Shown: one piece after another, positions 53,886 to 64,000 of the stretch
Layout: each line of letters begins with the position of its first letter
Numbering within the stretch: the first letter of the stretch is position 1
Assembly: GCA_965238225.1 (NCBI GenBank)
Contig: OZ250183.1
Coordinates: 1,536,001 to 1,600,000, forward strand
Length of the DNA: 64,000 bases
Source: Gammaproteobacteria bacterium
GTDB lineage: Bacteria > Pseudomonadota > Gammaproteobacteria > Eutrophobiales > Eutrophobiaceae
Direction of reading: 5' to 3'
Translations under genes and position numbers: made by a program
Notes under the pieces: generated by a model
Seen by the model: only the letters and a program-made list of their open reading frames with translations
The model's database searches: none
What the model was told of the DNA's origin: nothing

Positions 53886-54082
53886 TTCAATGCTCTTACA
53901 TGTGAAATTTATACGTGCGAAGTAAAATGAACTAAAACTAACAACTCAATTATTTTTTGTAGTTGAGCCCAATTAATGTCATGCCTGACATACAGTCAGA
54001 GACTTAGTCTAGATACACTAAAATCAACCACTATTGTAAATTTAATGATATAATTATATCCGAGGGTAAAGATTTAAGATTA

Positions 54083-54538
54083 ATGAGAACTAATATAAGA
54101 TCAAACAGTGGATTTAGCTTGATAGAATTGTTGACAGTCGTTGCTGTTATTGGCATTTTATCTGCTATTGCTGTCCCTGCATATAATGGTTATATGGTTG
54201 ACACTAGAAGAGCGCAGGCGCAGGGTCTCTTGCTTGAGGCGGCTGCATTCGTGGAACGATATTATACTGAAACAGGAACATACGCGGGTGCCACCTTACC
54301 GTTCACACAACACCCTAAAGTGGGGGATGCTATATATCGCTTTGCCTTTTTTACGCAAGAAGCGAATGTCTTTAAAATAAGGGCATTGCCCCAAGACGCT
54401 CAAAAAGATGCGGATACGAAATGTGGCATACTAGGGGTGACAAGCGCGGGAGGTAAGTGCATCGCTAATGGGCACCAATGCAGCGATAGCACTGCTGCTT
54501 GGGTTAGAGCTAAAATGGCTAAGTCTGGATGCTGGTAG
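54083..54538 (+). CDS. pilE: Type IV minor pilin PilE
   Basis: G|FSLIEL, IAVPAY, RRAQAQ..L, ERYY, terminal CW. Confidence 0.92.
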   Translation: MRTNIRSNSGFSLIELLTVVAVIGILSAIAVPAYNGYMVDTRRAQAQGLLLEAAAFVERYYTETGTYAGATLPFTQHPKVGDAIYRFAFFTQEANVFKIRALPQDAQKDADTKCGILGVTSAGGKCIANGHQCSDSTAAWVRAKMAKSGCW

Positions 54539-54589
54539 GTCTGGATGCTTGGGGTATCAAAGATTAATACAAAAAAATTCTGTGTAATT

Positions 54590-54666
54590 AAAAATACAGG
54601 ACAAATATCTTATCCATATTGCCTTTTCTTATCCATATTGCCTTTAATGTTTGATAAGGAAGTGAT
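54590..54666. repeat. Short direct repeat, left of the pilY1 pair (paralog of 63176-63245)
   Basis: caaatatctta..tc.a.a.tgcctttaatgttt(g)ataagg..gtgat present at both sites. Confidence 0.7.
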
Positions 54667-54913
54667 GTTGAATCAGAAGTAATATTGAATCAGGGAAATA
54701 CTTGAAGGCACTATTTTAACAATCACCCGATCATCATCTTAACCTATTGCTTGGTCTATATCTTGTGGTCTATAGCGCATACTGATACTGCGATAGTTTT
54801 CATTTTCACACAAAACACCCAGTACGCAGCTTTTGCTGTTAAGTTTATCTATACAAAATGTTATAAAACTTCAGACAGCGCACAAAATCTACGCCCAACT
54901 ATGCTCAAAGCCT

Positions 54914-54944
54914 ACCGTTTATCGAAATTAAAATACCATTTATC
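54914..54944 (+). promoter_or_regulatory. AlgR/LytTR-like box pair upstream of pilY1 copy 1
   Basis: ACCGTTTATC 54914 and ACCATTTATC 54935, 21 bp apart; context aattaaaatacc.tttatcagataa shared with 51069-51094. Confidence 0.65.
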
Positions 54945-55112
54945 AGATAAAGAGTGAAAACATTAATATCTTTGATACAAGCAGTTCTGTAAATAAACCA
55001 ATTATGATCTTAACTATGCTAAACATTGTGTTTGAAACTTAAGGGTCTAATACTTTAAAAAGGTTGGATGCTTAACTTAAAAGATTAATACTTAAATTAA
55101 AGAGGCAGTATT

Positions 55113-58100
55113 ATGAATACAATCAAAAAACTCATATTCAAAAAACTCATGACTAAAACCATAACTAAAAAGCCTATAAGCTGCTTTATAAGCGCAATGC
55201 TTGTTTGCTTGGTCGGCGCAAGCCAGGCAAGCTATGCTGAAAGCCTAAACTTGGCGACCACTACACCATTAGCTATCTCTGTGTCGCCTATACAACATAA
55301 TGTCTTTCTGGCGCTGGATGATTCCGGCAGTATGGGATTTCTGAAAGTGCTAACGACTGAAGCAGAAGTCTATACGCAAGAAGGGTTAAGCTACAGGCAG
55401 AAGGAGGAGGATAGTTTTAGTCAGCTCTTAGAAAAAAATGACCCTACAGGTACAGAGGAGATTAAGAGTATTGTTGCAACAGACACATCCTCTGACAGAT
55501 CTGACCCGCAACTGCTTGCACGTTGTGTCGGATATAATATTGTGGCTTATGACCCAAATGTTATCTACACCCCTTGGGCTGGTTATACAAATGCACCGCC
55601 AACTGCTGCACCAACAAATAATCCCGGAGACAATAGCACAGTAGATTTAACAGAAACCAAAATTGATTACGTCAGTCTAGGGTATATACCCTGGGAGGAT
55701 GATAACGGAAATGGTAAATTTGATGCAGGAGAATGTGCTGACGAGAAAATTGAAAATAGAGGTTACACACAGGCAGAGATTGACAGTTTATCTTTCTTCG
55801 AACAGATTGATATTAAAAGTCCAGAGACTTGGCCAGTGGATATTGACACAAGCAAATATGTTGAGCTTAATGACATGACCGCAGAACAAAAGCAAAATTA
55901 CGCCAACTGGTTTTCCTATCACAGAAAACCACTGCACGTCATGAAACATACCATGTCTCATGTTATCAATGACTCTAGCGCCCGCATGGGCTTGGCGACC
56001 TTGCATAATAATGAAAATGCTGGCACGCCTGTCTCCGATATGACCGTACAAGCTAATAGAGCAGCCTTGCTGGAAGCATTGTTTAAAATTACAGCTGATG
56101 GCCCCACACCTTTACGGGCTTTGATGCGTCGTGCAGGTAGGTACTTTGACCAAGCAGACGATAATAGTGACCATGGAGATCTAGGCTTTACCGACGCAAG
56201 TCCCATTAACTCCCAAGCAAAAGGAGGTGAATGCCAGAAAAATTTTGTCGTAGCGTTTACTGATGGTCTGTATAATGGGGAATATTCAGACACGACCAAT
56301 AGTGATGGGGATAACTCAAGCGATTATGATGGCGGTCCGCATGCGGACTCTCATACTTCCACGTTGGCAGATATTGTCATGTACTACTACGAAACTGACT
56401 TATCTACAACACTGGATAATGAAGTTACAACCAGCACCTACACCGACCCGAGTACCAATATTACCTATACAGATGACAACCCGCAGCAGCATTTGAATAC
56501 TTATATAGTGACATTTGGCATAGGTGAGTCCGAAATAACCTTGCCCATCGACCATCTCAAAACAACCTCCCCGCCCGCAGGCGGATGGCCAAACCCGGGT
56601 TCTTCAAATACCAAAGACATATTAGCTGATCTGCAGCATGCAGCCTTTAATGGCCGCGGTTTGTCGTTTTTTTCTGGTAATCCGCAACAGCTTACTGAGG
56701 CCTTTGAGACCACGCTCACCTCCATTGAACAGCGTGGCAATCTTAGCAGTACTGCTGTTGCCATCAATAGTGGCAACCTGAATGTACGATCACATGCTTA
56801 TACGGCACTCTATAGTTCAGCTGATTGGACGGGTAAGCTTTCTGCCTATGCCTTTGATGAAAATAGTGATGTGATAGATACGGCGGTATGGGAAGCCTCA
56901 GAACAGCTCCCAGTGCATACTAACCGTAAGATATTTACCATGACCAACGACACATCAACAGGGGTAGAGTTTAAGCCCAATGCGGATACAACAGCTGATA
57001 CCAGCACAGTAGAGACTGCCATTGGCACCTTGAATGTAGGCGGCACAGACTATACAGCTGCAGATATCATCAATTACATCCGCGGTGATAAGAGCCTAGA
57101 AACAAGCCCTGGGCTGCGTGTACGCACGAGTCTCTTAGGAGATATAATCAACGCTTCACCAATATCACAAAGCACAGAAAACTTTGCTAATGGTTATTTA
57201 TCTGGGACTGAAGGTTCAAGCTACAGTAATTTTGTAGCGACAAAATACGCCACCTTTGGCAATAAGAATGTTATCTATGTTGGCAGTAACGACGGTATGC
57301 TGCATGCCTTTGAAGATGATTCCATTTCTGCATCTGCAAATGGCGAAGAGCTATTTGCCTATGTGCCAAGTTCTGTGCACGGTAAACTAAAACACCTTGC
57401 TGACCCTAACTATAACCATAGATTTTATGTCAACGGCGGTATCTCTATTGCCGATGTCTATATCAACGACGCATGGAAAACCATACTGGTTGCTACGCTC
57501 GGCGAAGGGGGCAGAACCATCTTTGCACTGGACATAAGTAATCCCTTTTCATTTGAGGCAAACGATGTCTTATGGGAATACAGTTATGATGATGATGCCT
57601 TGGCAAACAGAACTAATGCTGATGAGCTTGGCTTTGTCTTGCATAAACCGCAGATTGCCCGACTCAATAATGGCCAATGGGGGGTGATTTTTGGTAATGG
57701 TTATAATAGCCAATCTGGGCAATCAAAGACCTTTATCCTGAATGCTGCAACAGGAAATGAAATCGCAGTACTGGACTCCGAGTTTGGCGATACGGCTACT
57801 GTAGAAGAATTAAATGGCATGGCCATGCCATTTCTAGCTGATGATGATAGCAACATTACTGTTGATACCCTCTACGCAGGAGACCTGCAAGGCAATCTGT
57901 GGAAATTTGATATATCCAGTGATGATAAAACAGCGTGGCAGTCTGCATTTTCTACAGGAGGAAGCCCAGCACCCTTGTTCGTTGCCTATGATGGTGATAG
58001 CACTACAGCAAAAAGGCAGCCGATCACTACGAGGCCTACAGTTGCGGTAAACAAGAAAAATGAAAATATGATCTTGTTTGGTACTGGCAAATTTATTGAA

Positions 58101-58733
58101 ATCAACGATGCCAATGCGCCGACATCTCCAGACACTTATCAACTACAGACTTTTTATGGGATTATCGATAAAGGCGCTCAGGTAGACAGTCGAAATACAA
58201 CGAATGACCTGCAACAACAAACCATCACCTATCAGGATACAGGCTCAGGTGTGCGTACGGTTTCTAAAGAAACTGTCACTGGTGCTGAGACAGGTTGGTA
58301 TCTGGACTTACGCAATCCTAATCTTGAAACTGGTGTTAATGGCGGTGAGCGTGTTATCGCTAATTCTATACTGGTGGGAGATAGTATTGTCATGAGTACC
58401 TTTATCAACGCAGGCAGAATACCATGCGACCTTAGCAGTAGCAGCAATGATGGATATATTATGGTCGTCAGTGCGCTAAACGGTGCCAGCTCTGAAAGGG
58501 CTGTATTTGATAATGATGATGATGGTATCATTGATGGTGAAGATCTGCTTGATAGTGGCGATGCAGTGACAGGCATCAAAGGTGGTGGGCTGGGTGGATT
58601 ATCAATAGCAAGCGACGGGGATGGCGACAGTCGCCTGGTTCATAACTGTGATGGTGAAATATGCAGCGATAAGTTTAGCGACCCTGCTGGATTCCTCTCT
58701 GGCGGCCGCCAATCTTGGTGGCAGGTACAGTAA
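55113..58733 (+). CDS. pilY1: Type IV pilus tip adhesin PilY1/PilC, copy 1
   Basis: Signal peptide, vWA DDSGSM...FTDG, NYANWFSYHR, beta-propeller LGDIIN, GSNDGMLHAF, YAGDLQGNLWKFD, terminal GRQSW. Confidence 0.93.
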   Translation: MNTIKKLIFKKLMTKTITKKPISCFISAMLVCLVGASQASYAESLNLATTTPLAISVSPIQHNVFLALDDSGSMGFLKVLTTEAEVYTQEGLSYRQKEEDSFSQLLEKNDPTGTEEIKSIVATDTSSDRSDPQLLARCVGYNIVAYDPNVIYTPWAGYTNAPPTAAPTNNPGDNSTVDLTETKIDYVSLGYIPWEDDNGNGKFDAGECADEKIENRGYTQAEIDSLSFFEQIDIKSPETWPVDIDTSKYVELNDMTAEQKQNYANWFSYHRKPLHVMKHTMSHVINDSSARMGLATLHNNENAGTPVSDMTVQANRAALLEALFKITADGPTPLRALMRRAGRYFDQADDNSDHGDLGFTDASPINSQAKGGECQKNFVVAFTDGLYNGEYSDTTNSDGDNSSDYDGGPHADSHTSTLADIVMYYYETDLSTTLDNEVTTSTYTDPSTNITYTDDNPQQHLNTYIVTFGIGESEITLPIDHLKTTSPPAGGWPNPGSSNTKDILADLQHAAFNGRGLSFFSGNPQQLTEAFETTLTSIEQRGNLSSTAVAINSGNLNVRSHAYTALYSSADWTGKLSAYAFDENSDVIDTAVWEASEQLPVHTNRKIFTMTNDTSTGVEFKPNADTTADTSTVETAIGTLNVGGTDYTAADIINYIRGDKSLETSPGLRVRTSLLGDIINASPISQSTENFANGYLSGTEGSSYSNFVATKYATFGNKNVIYVGSNDGMLHAFEDDSISASANGEELFAYVPSSVHGKLKHLADPNYNHRFYVNGGISIADVYINDAWKTILVATLGEGGRTIFALDISNPFSFEANDVLWEYSYDDDALANRTNADELGFVLHKPQIARLNNGQWGVIFGNGYNSQSGQSKTFILNAATGNEIAVLDSEFGDTATVEELNGMAMPFLADDDSNITVDTLYAGDLQGNLWKFDISSDDKTAWQSAFSTGGSPAPLFVAYDGDSTTAKRQPITTRPTVAVNKKNENMILFGTGKFIEINDANAPTSPDTYQLQTFYGIIDKGAQVDSRNTTNDLQQQTITYQDTGSGVRTVSKETVTGAETGWYLDLRNPNLETGVNGGERVIANSILVGDSIVMSTFINAGRIPCDLSSSSNDGYIMVVSALNGASSERAVFDNDDDGIIDGEDLLDSGDAVTGIKGGGLGGLSIASDGDGDSRLVHNCDGEICSDKFSDPAGFLSGGRQSWWQVQ

Positions 58734-58786
58734 AGTTAGCCACTGCTACACACTTCAATGGTATAATTGCCTTCACGAAGGATTAA

Positions 58787-59094
58787 GATAAAAGCCAGTA
58801 TAAAATCACCAATATAAAATCAAGCGAAGGCACTCTCACAGTGCAAGCACAGATATATTTCATAGAAACAAAATATACATACGCTATCACCTTAACTTAT
58901 GTGGCTTAAGCACACGGGGCTAGCTTGAACATAGGGTGAGTTAAGTACATTTTAACTGACTTGGGGCTTAGACCAAAATATGCAAATCCGAATGCTTGGT
59001 AGAAATAGGTCTTATATAAATAAAAAGATAGAAATAAATCGAGTGTTGCAGGTAAGAAATGTGTGTTATGTTAAAGTTAGTAAAAAATTAAGGG
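58787..59094. repeat. pilY1 downstream repeat, copy 1 (paralog of ~62890-63172)
   Basis: aaaagccagtataaaatcaccaatataaaatcaagcgaaggcactctcacagtgc...gttaaagttagtaaaaaa present after both pilY1 genes. Confidence 0.92.
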
Positions 59095-59149
59095 TTAAGT
59101 TAAATTAAAGGGTAATTAAAAGCTTAATACTTTTAAAAAGAGGCAGTTT

Positions 59150-62100
59150 ATGGATATAATCAAAAAACTCATATTTAAAAAACTCATGACTAAAACCATA
59201 ACTAAAACCATAACTAAAAAGCCTATAAGCTGCTTTATAAGCGCAATGCTTGTTTGCTTGGTCGGCGCAAGCCAGGCAAGCTATGCTGAAAGCCTAAACT
59301 TGGCGACCACCACGCCATTGGCTATCTCTGTGCCACAAGGGGTACAATCCAATATCTTGCTGGCGCTGGATGATTCTGCCAGTATGAAAACCACGCACAT
59401 CAATCAGCCTAAGAAATTTGATTACATGTTTGAGGGATGGTATTACAAGATAAGGGATCACTTGAGCAGTCAAACCGATACCATTGAGGAACGACTCCTA
59501 GAGAAAAAAATAGTTGATTGGGATGACCTACAGATTGCTGTTGATATGAGTAGTACAAGATCTGACCCAATCCTATTTAGACGTTGTGTCGGATTTAATC
59601 CTCTGGCTTATGACCCAAATGTTATCTACGCCCCTTGGGCTGGTTATACAAATGCATCAATAACTGCTGCACCAAAAAATGACCCAGAGGACACTACCAC
59701 AAGAATAGATTTAACAGAAACAAAGACGGGATACTACGGGCATGGATATATACCATGGGATGATAAAGACGGTGATGGTAAATTTTCTCATGACCAAGAT
59801 GTGCAACTAGACCATGGTACAGGAGAATGCGCTCATGGGAGAAAGGAGCTTGCTGCTTATCCCCAAGAGTACTGGCCAGTGACTGTTGATGACAGCAAGT
59901 ATGTTGAGTTTAATGACATGACCGCAGAACAAAAGCAAAATTACGCCAACTGGTTTTCCTATCACAGAAAACCACTGCACGCCATGAAACATACCGTATC
60001 TCATGTTATCGCTAACTCTAACGCCCGCATGGGCTTGGCGACCATGAATGATAATGCAGCTGATGTCGGCACGCCTGTCTCTAATATGGCCGTAAAGGCT
60101 AATAAAGATGCCTTGCTGGCAGCGTTGTTTAAGATTACAGCTGAGGCGTCAACGCCTACACGAAACTTTATGAATACTGTAGGTCAGTACTTTGACCAAG
60201 CAGGCAATAATAGTGACCACGACACGCTGGGCTTTAGCGACGCAAGTCCCATTAACTCCCAAGCAGAAGGGGGCGAATGCCAGAAGAATTTTGCCGTGCT
60301 ATTTACTGATGGTGCTTACAATGGAACCTATTTAGACGAATGGAACGATTATGATGGGGACAACTCAAGCGATTATGATGGTGGTCCGCATGCGGGCTTG
60401 CATACTTCCACGTTGGCGGATATTGCCATGCGCTACTACGAGACTGACTTATCTACAACACTGGATAATGAAGTTACAACCAGCACCTACACCGACCCGA
60501 GTACCAATATTACCTATACAGATGACAACCCGCAGCAGCATTTGAATACTTATATAGTGACATTTGGCGTAGGTGGGGCCGAAATAACCTTGCCCATCGA
60601 CCATCTCAAAACAACCTCCCCGCCCGCAGGTGGATGGCCATTACCGTCTCTTGCTTCTGACATCAGAATTGACATGCAGCATGCAGCCTTTAATGGCCGC
60701 GGTTTGTCATTTTTTTCTAGTACTCCGCAACAGCTTACTGAGGCCTTCGAGGCCACGTTCACCTCCATTGAACAGCGTGGCAATCTTAGCAGTACTGCTG
60801 TTGCCATCAATAGTGGCAACCTGAATGTACGATCACATGCTTATACGGCACTCTATAGTTCAGCTGATTGGACGGGTAAGCTTTCTGCCTATGCCTTTGA
60901 TGAAAATAGTGATGTGATAGATACGGCGGTATGGGAAGCCTCAGAACAGCTCCCAGTGCATACTAACCGTAAGATATTTACCATGACCAACGACACATCA
61001 ACAGGGGTAGAGTTTAAGCCCAATGCGGATACAACAGCTGATACCAGCACAGTAGAGACTGCCATTGGCACCTTGAATGTAGGCGGCACAGACTATACAG
61101 CTGCAGATATCATCAATTACATCCGCGGTGATAAGAGCCTAGAAACAAGCCCTGGGCTGCGTGTACGCACGAGTCTCTTAGGAGATATAATCAACGCTTC
61201 ACCAATATCACAAAGCACAGAAAACTTTGCTAATGGTTATTTATCTGGGACTGAAGGTTCAAGCTACAGTAATTTTGTAGCGACAAAATACGCCACCTTT
61301 GGCAATAAGAATGTTATCTATGTTGGCAGTAACGACGGTATGCTGCATGCCTTTGAAGATGATTCCATTTCTGCATCTGCAAATGGCGAAGAGCTATTTG
61401 CCTATGTGCCAAGTTCTGTGCACGGTAAACTAAAACACCTTGCTGACCCTAACTATAACCATAGATTTTATGTCAACGGCGGTATCTCTATTGCCGATGT
61501 CTATATCAACGACGCATGGAAAACCATACTGGTTGCTACGCTCGGCGAAGGGGGCAGAACCATCTTTGCACTGGACATAAGTAATCCCTTTTCATTTGAG
61601 GCAAACGATGTCTTATGGGAATACAGTTATGATGATGATGCCTTGGCAAACAGAACTAATGCTGATGAGCTTGGCTTTGTCTTGCATAAACCGCAGATTG
61701 CCCGACTCAATAATGGCCAATGGGGGGTGATTTTTGGTAATGGTTATAATAGCCAATCTGGGCAATCAAAGACCTTTATCCTGAATGCTGCAACAGGAAA
61801 TGAAATCGCAGTACTGGACTCCGAGTTTGGCGATACGGCTACTGTAGAAGAATTAAATGGCATGGCCATGCCATTTCTAGCTGATGATGATAGCAACATT
61901 ACTGTTGATACCCTCTACGCAGGAGACCTGCAAGGCAATCTGTGGAAATTTGATATATCCAGTGATGATAAAACAGCGTGGCAGTCTGCATTTTCTACAG
62001 GAGGAAGCCCAGCACCCTTGTTCGTTGCCTATGATGGTGATAGCACTACAGCAAAAAGGCAGCCGATCACTACGAGGCCTACAGTTGCGGTAAACAAGAA

Positions 62101-62806
62101 AAATGAAAATATGATCTTGTTTGGTACTGGCAAATTTATTGAAATCAACGATGCCAATGCACCGACATATCCAGACACTTATCAACTACAGACTTTTTAT
62201 GGGATTATCGATAAAGGTGCTCAGGTAGACAGTCGAAATACAACGAATGACCTGCAACAACAAACCATCACCTATCAGGATACAGGCTCAGGTGTGCGTA
62301 CGGTTTCTAAAGAAACTGTCACTGGTGCTGAGACAGGTTGGTATCTGGACTTACGCAATCCTAATCTTGAAACTGGTGTTAATGGCGGTGAGCGTGTTAT
62401 CGCTAATTCTATGCTAAATAAGGGTAAGATTATTATACCTACTTTTTCCAACACAGTTATAGGTGATTCATGTTTAATAACTAAGATAACTAGCGGATAT
62501 ATTACGGTCGTCAGTGCGCTAAACGGTGCCAGCTCTGAAAAGGCTGTATTTGATACTAATGATGATGGTATTGTTGAGAGTCAAGATTTAATCGATACCG
62601 ATGGTGATGGCATTGGAGACAGTGTAGCAGCAGGCATCGGGGCAGGCATCGGGGCAGGGCAGGCAACACTTGTTGACAGTGATAATGACAGTAATAGTAG
62701 GCTGCTTTCTATTTGCGGTGATACACTATGCAGCGAGCTAATTAACACCGGTGCTACTGCAGACAACCTCTCTGGCGGTCGTCAATCTTGGCATCAAGTA
62801 GAATAA
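59150..62806 (+). CDS. pilY1: Type IV pilus tip adhesin PilY1/PilC, copy 2
   Basis: Same architecture as copy 1; vWA DDSASM; 60759-62412 nearly identical to 56716-58369. Confidence 0.93.
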   Translation: MDIIKKLIFKKLMTKTITKTITKKPISCFISAMLVCLVGASQASYAESLNLATTTPLAISVPQGVQSNILLALDDSASMKTTHINQPKKFDYMFEGWYYKIRDHLSSQTDTIEERLLEKKIVDWDDLQIAVDMSSTRSDPILFRRCVGFNPLAYDPNVIYAPWAGYTNASITAAPKNDPEDTTTRIDLTETKTGYYGHGYIPWDDKDGDGKFSHDQDVQLDHGTGECAHGRKELAAYPQEYWPVTVDDSKYVEFNDMTAEQKQNYANWFSYHRKPLHAMKHTVSHVIANSNARMGLATMNDNAADVGTPVSNMAVKANKDALLAALFKITAEASTPTRNFMNTVGQYFDQAGNNSDHDTLGFSDASPINSQAEGGECQKNFAVLFTDGAYNGTYLDEWNDYDGDNSSDYDGGPHAGLHTSTLADIAMRYYETDLSTTLDNEVTTSTYTDPSTNITYTDDNPQQHLNTYIVTFGVGGAEITLPIDHLKTTSPPAGGWPLPSLASDIRIDMQHAAFNGRGLSFFSSTPQQLTEAFEATFTSIEQRGNLSSTAVAINSGNLNVRSHAYTALYSSADWTGKLSAYAFDENSDVIDTAVWEASEQLPVHTNRKIFTMTNDTSTGVEFKPNADTTADTSTVETAIGTLNVGGTDYTAADIINYIRGDKSLETSPGLRVRTSLLGDIINASPISQSTENFANGYLSGTEGSSYSNFVATKYATFGNKNVIYVGSNDGMLHAFEDDSISASANGEELFAYVPSSVHGKLKHLADPNYNHRFYVNGGISIADVYINDAWKTILVATLGEGGRTIFALDISNPFSFEANDVLWEYSYDDDALANRTNADELGFVLHKPQIARLNNGQWGVIFGNGYNSQSGQSKTFILNAATGNEIAVLDSEFGDTATVEELNGMAMPFLADDDSNITVDTLYAGDLQGNLWKFDISSDDKTAWQSAFSTGGSPAPLFVAYDGDSTTAKRQPITTRPTVAVNKKNENMILFGTGKFIEINDANAPTYPDTYQLQTFYGIIDKGAQVDSRNTTNDLQQQTITYQDTGSGVRTVSKETVTGAETGWYLDLRNPNLETGVNGGERVIANSMLNKGKIIIPTFSNTVIGDSCLITKITSGYITVVSALNGASSEKAVFDTNDDGIVESQDLIDTDGDGIGDSVAAGIGAGIGAGQATLVDSDNDSNSRLLSICGDTLCSELINTGATADNLSGGRQSWHQVE

Positions 62807-62889
62807 AACTTAAGACCACACAATCGCTCTGCCATAGGCTTAATGATGTGATTACCCCCTCCTTATGAAGGTCTGGTGAAGGATAGGAT

Positions 62890-63172
62890 AATAAAAAGCC
62901 AGTATAAAATCACCAATATAAAATCAAGCGAAGGCACTCTCACAGTGCAAGCACAGATATTTCATAGAAACAAAATATACTACGCTACCACCTTACTATG
63001 TGGCTTAAGCATAGAGGAGTTAAGTACGTCTTAGCGGACTTGGGCTTAGACCACAATATGAAAATCCAAATGCTTGGTAGAAATAGATATTATATAAATA
63101 ATAAAGTATAGAAATAAATCGAGTGTTGCAGGTAAGAAATGTGTGTATGTTAAAGTTAGTAAAAAAATAAGG
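62890..63172. repeat. pilY1 downstream repeat, copy 2
   Basis: Paralog of 58787-59094 with small deletions. Confidence 0.92.
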
Positions 63173-63175
63173 CAA

Positions 63176-63245
63176 TTAAATGCAGGGAAATATCTTAGGC
63201 AAATATCTTAATCTACACTGCCTTTAATGTTTATAAGGGGGTGAT
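63176..63245. repeat. Short direct repeat, right of the pilY1 pair
   Basis: Paralog of 54590-54666. Confidence 0.7.
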
Positions 63246-63265
63246 TTCTTGTAATATTTCTTTGA

Positions 63266-63739
63266 TTAATTACACCATTTTTCGATTTTTTCTTGAGCAT
63301 CTTTAATTCTACGCTGTCTTTCTTCTTCTGTAGCACGAGTCACATTACCTTCTGCATCAACGGATCTAATACGCGCAGCGTTATTAATATTCTCGTACTT
63401 AGCCTTTGCTTTTTCACAATTTTCCTTCTTCAACTCAAGGAATTTTTCTTGCTTCATTCGTTTTTTATTTTTTTTCTCTCTATCCTTAAGAAATTCTTGT
63501 TGTTGTTGCTGCTGCTGTTCAAAGAACTTGATAGCCTCACTGGTATCAATATTAACTGAAGCAGGTAATTTGACATCCTCTGTTTCAGAACCATCTGTAG
63601 GTTCTAGCTGTGTGTATTGGATAATACCGCTATCATCAATCCATTTATATAACTTAGCATGCGATACGGGAAGAATTCCCAATAAAAAAATAAAGCTAAA
63701 TATCACTACGCATTTATTTAAGGATTTATTTTTTTGCAT
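63266..63739 (-). CDS. DUF4124-domain secreted protein
   Basis: Signal peptide, LYKWIDDSGIIQYTQ, coiled coil with two Cys. Confidence 0.85.
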   Translation of the reverse strand: MQKNKSLNKCVVIFSFIFLLGILPVSHAKLYKWIDDSGIIQYTQLEPTDGSETEDVKLPASVNIDTSEAIKFFEQQQQQQQEFLKDREKKNKKRMKQEKFLELKKENCEKAKAKYENINNAARIRSVDAEGNVTRATEEERQRRIKDAQEKIEKWCN

Positions 63740-64000
63740 AACAAGATTCGCCTGAGTTTAAAAACTCTTCTCTAGATAAACATATAACTTAAAGAGGCTG
63801 TATTGTAGCCTATTGATGTCAAATAGGTCTATATTTTAAGAAAAAACTAATCTTCTTCAAGAAAATACTTCAAGCAAATAAATAATCAATACTTTATTGA
63901 AGATGCTGCAAAAAGTACTTTAGCCTGCAAATTTTAAAGAATTGATAATATCCAGAAAATTAGCTTCAAGTGTAGTTTTTCGAGTGATCTATATTTATGC

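Noticed and set aside
57070-57095. RGD integrin-binding motif in PilY1 (YIRGD)
   Set aside because: Y[IL]RGD is a common structural motif in the PilY1 C-terminal domain and is not evidence of integrin binding here
63495-63520. Poly-Gln CAA/CAG tract as a phase-variation switch
   Set aside because: In-frame triplet repeat in a coiled coil; length change would not switch expression

Overview
AT-rich gammaproteobacterial chromosome segment. The core part carries rng (3' end), yhdP, a partial mrp/mnh antiporter operon, mnmA, acnB, glnA, glmU, the full atp operon, parAB-rsmG-mnmG, djlA, a Fur/Irr regulator, thiO and tRNA-Thr(CGT). The accessory part carries: (1) a hybrid histidine kinase plus REC-PAS-GGDEF-EAL pair between parB and atpI; (2) an ~8.2 kb frameshifted gene for a giant Sec-exported protein with an Ig-repeat stalk and a GH16 tip, into which an apparently circularly permuted CBM is inserted; the gene is flanked by ~260 bp direct repeats, and the upstream repeat is attached to the relic of a different GH16 tip; (3) a Sel1-repeat protein, a decayed integron cassette with an attC site, and an AT-rich insert that truncates fieF; (4) a type IV minor-pilin operon followed by two tandem pilY1 genes with near-identical beta-propeller regions but divergent vWA regions. 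The best candidate for an undescribed system is conserved-variable-conserved (tip-swapping) diversification at these two adhesin loci. Several relics and missing usual neighbours suggest genome erosion. All family assignments come from motif recognition by eye; no searches were run.
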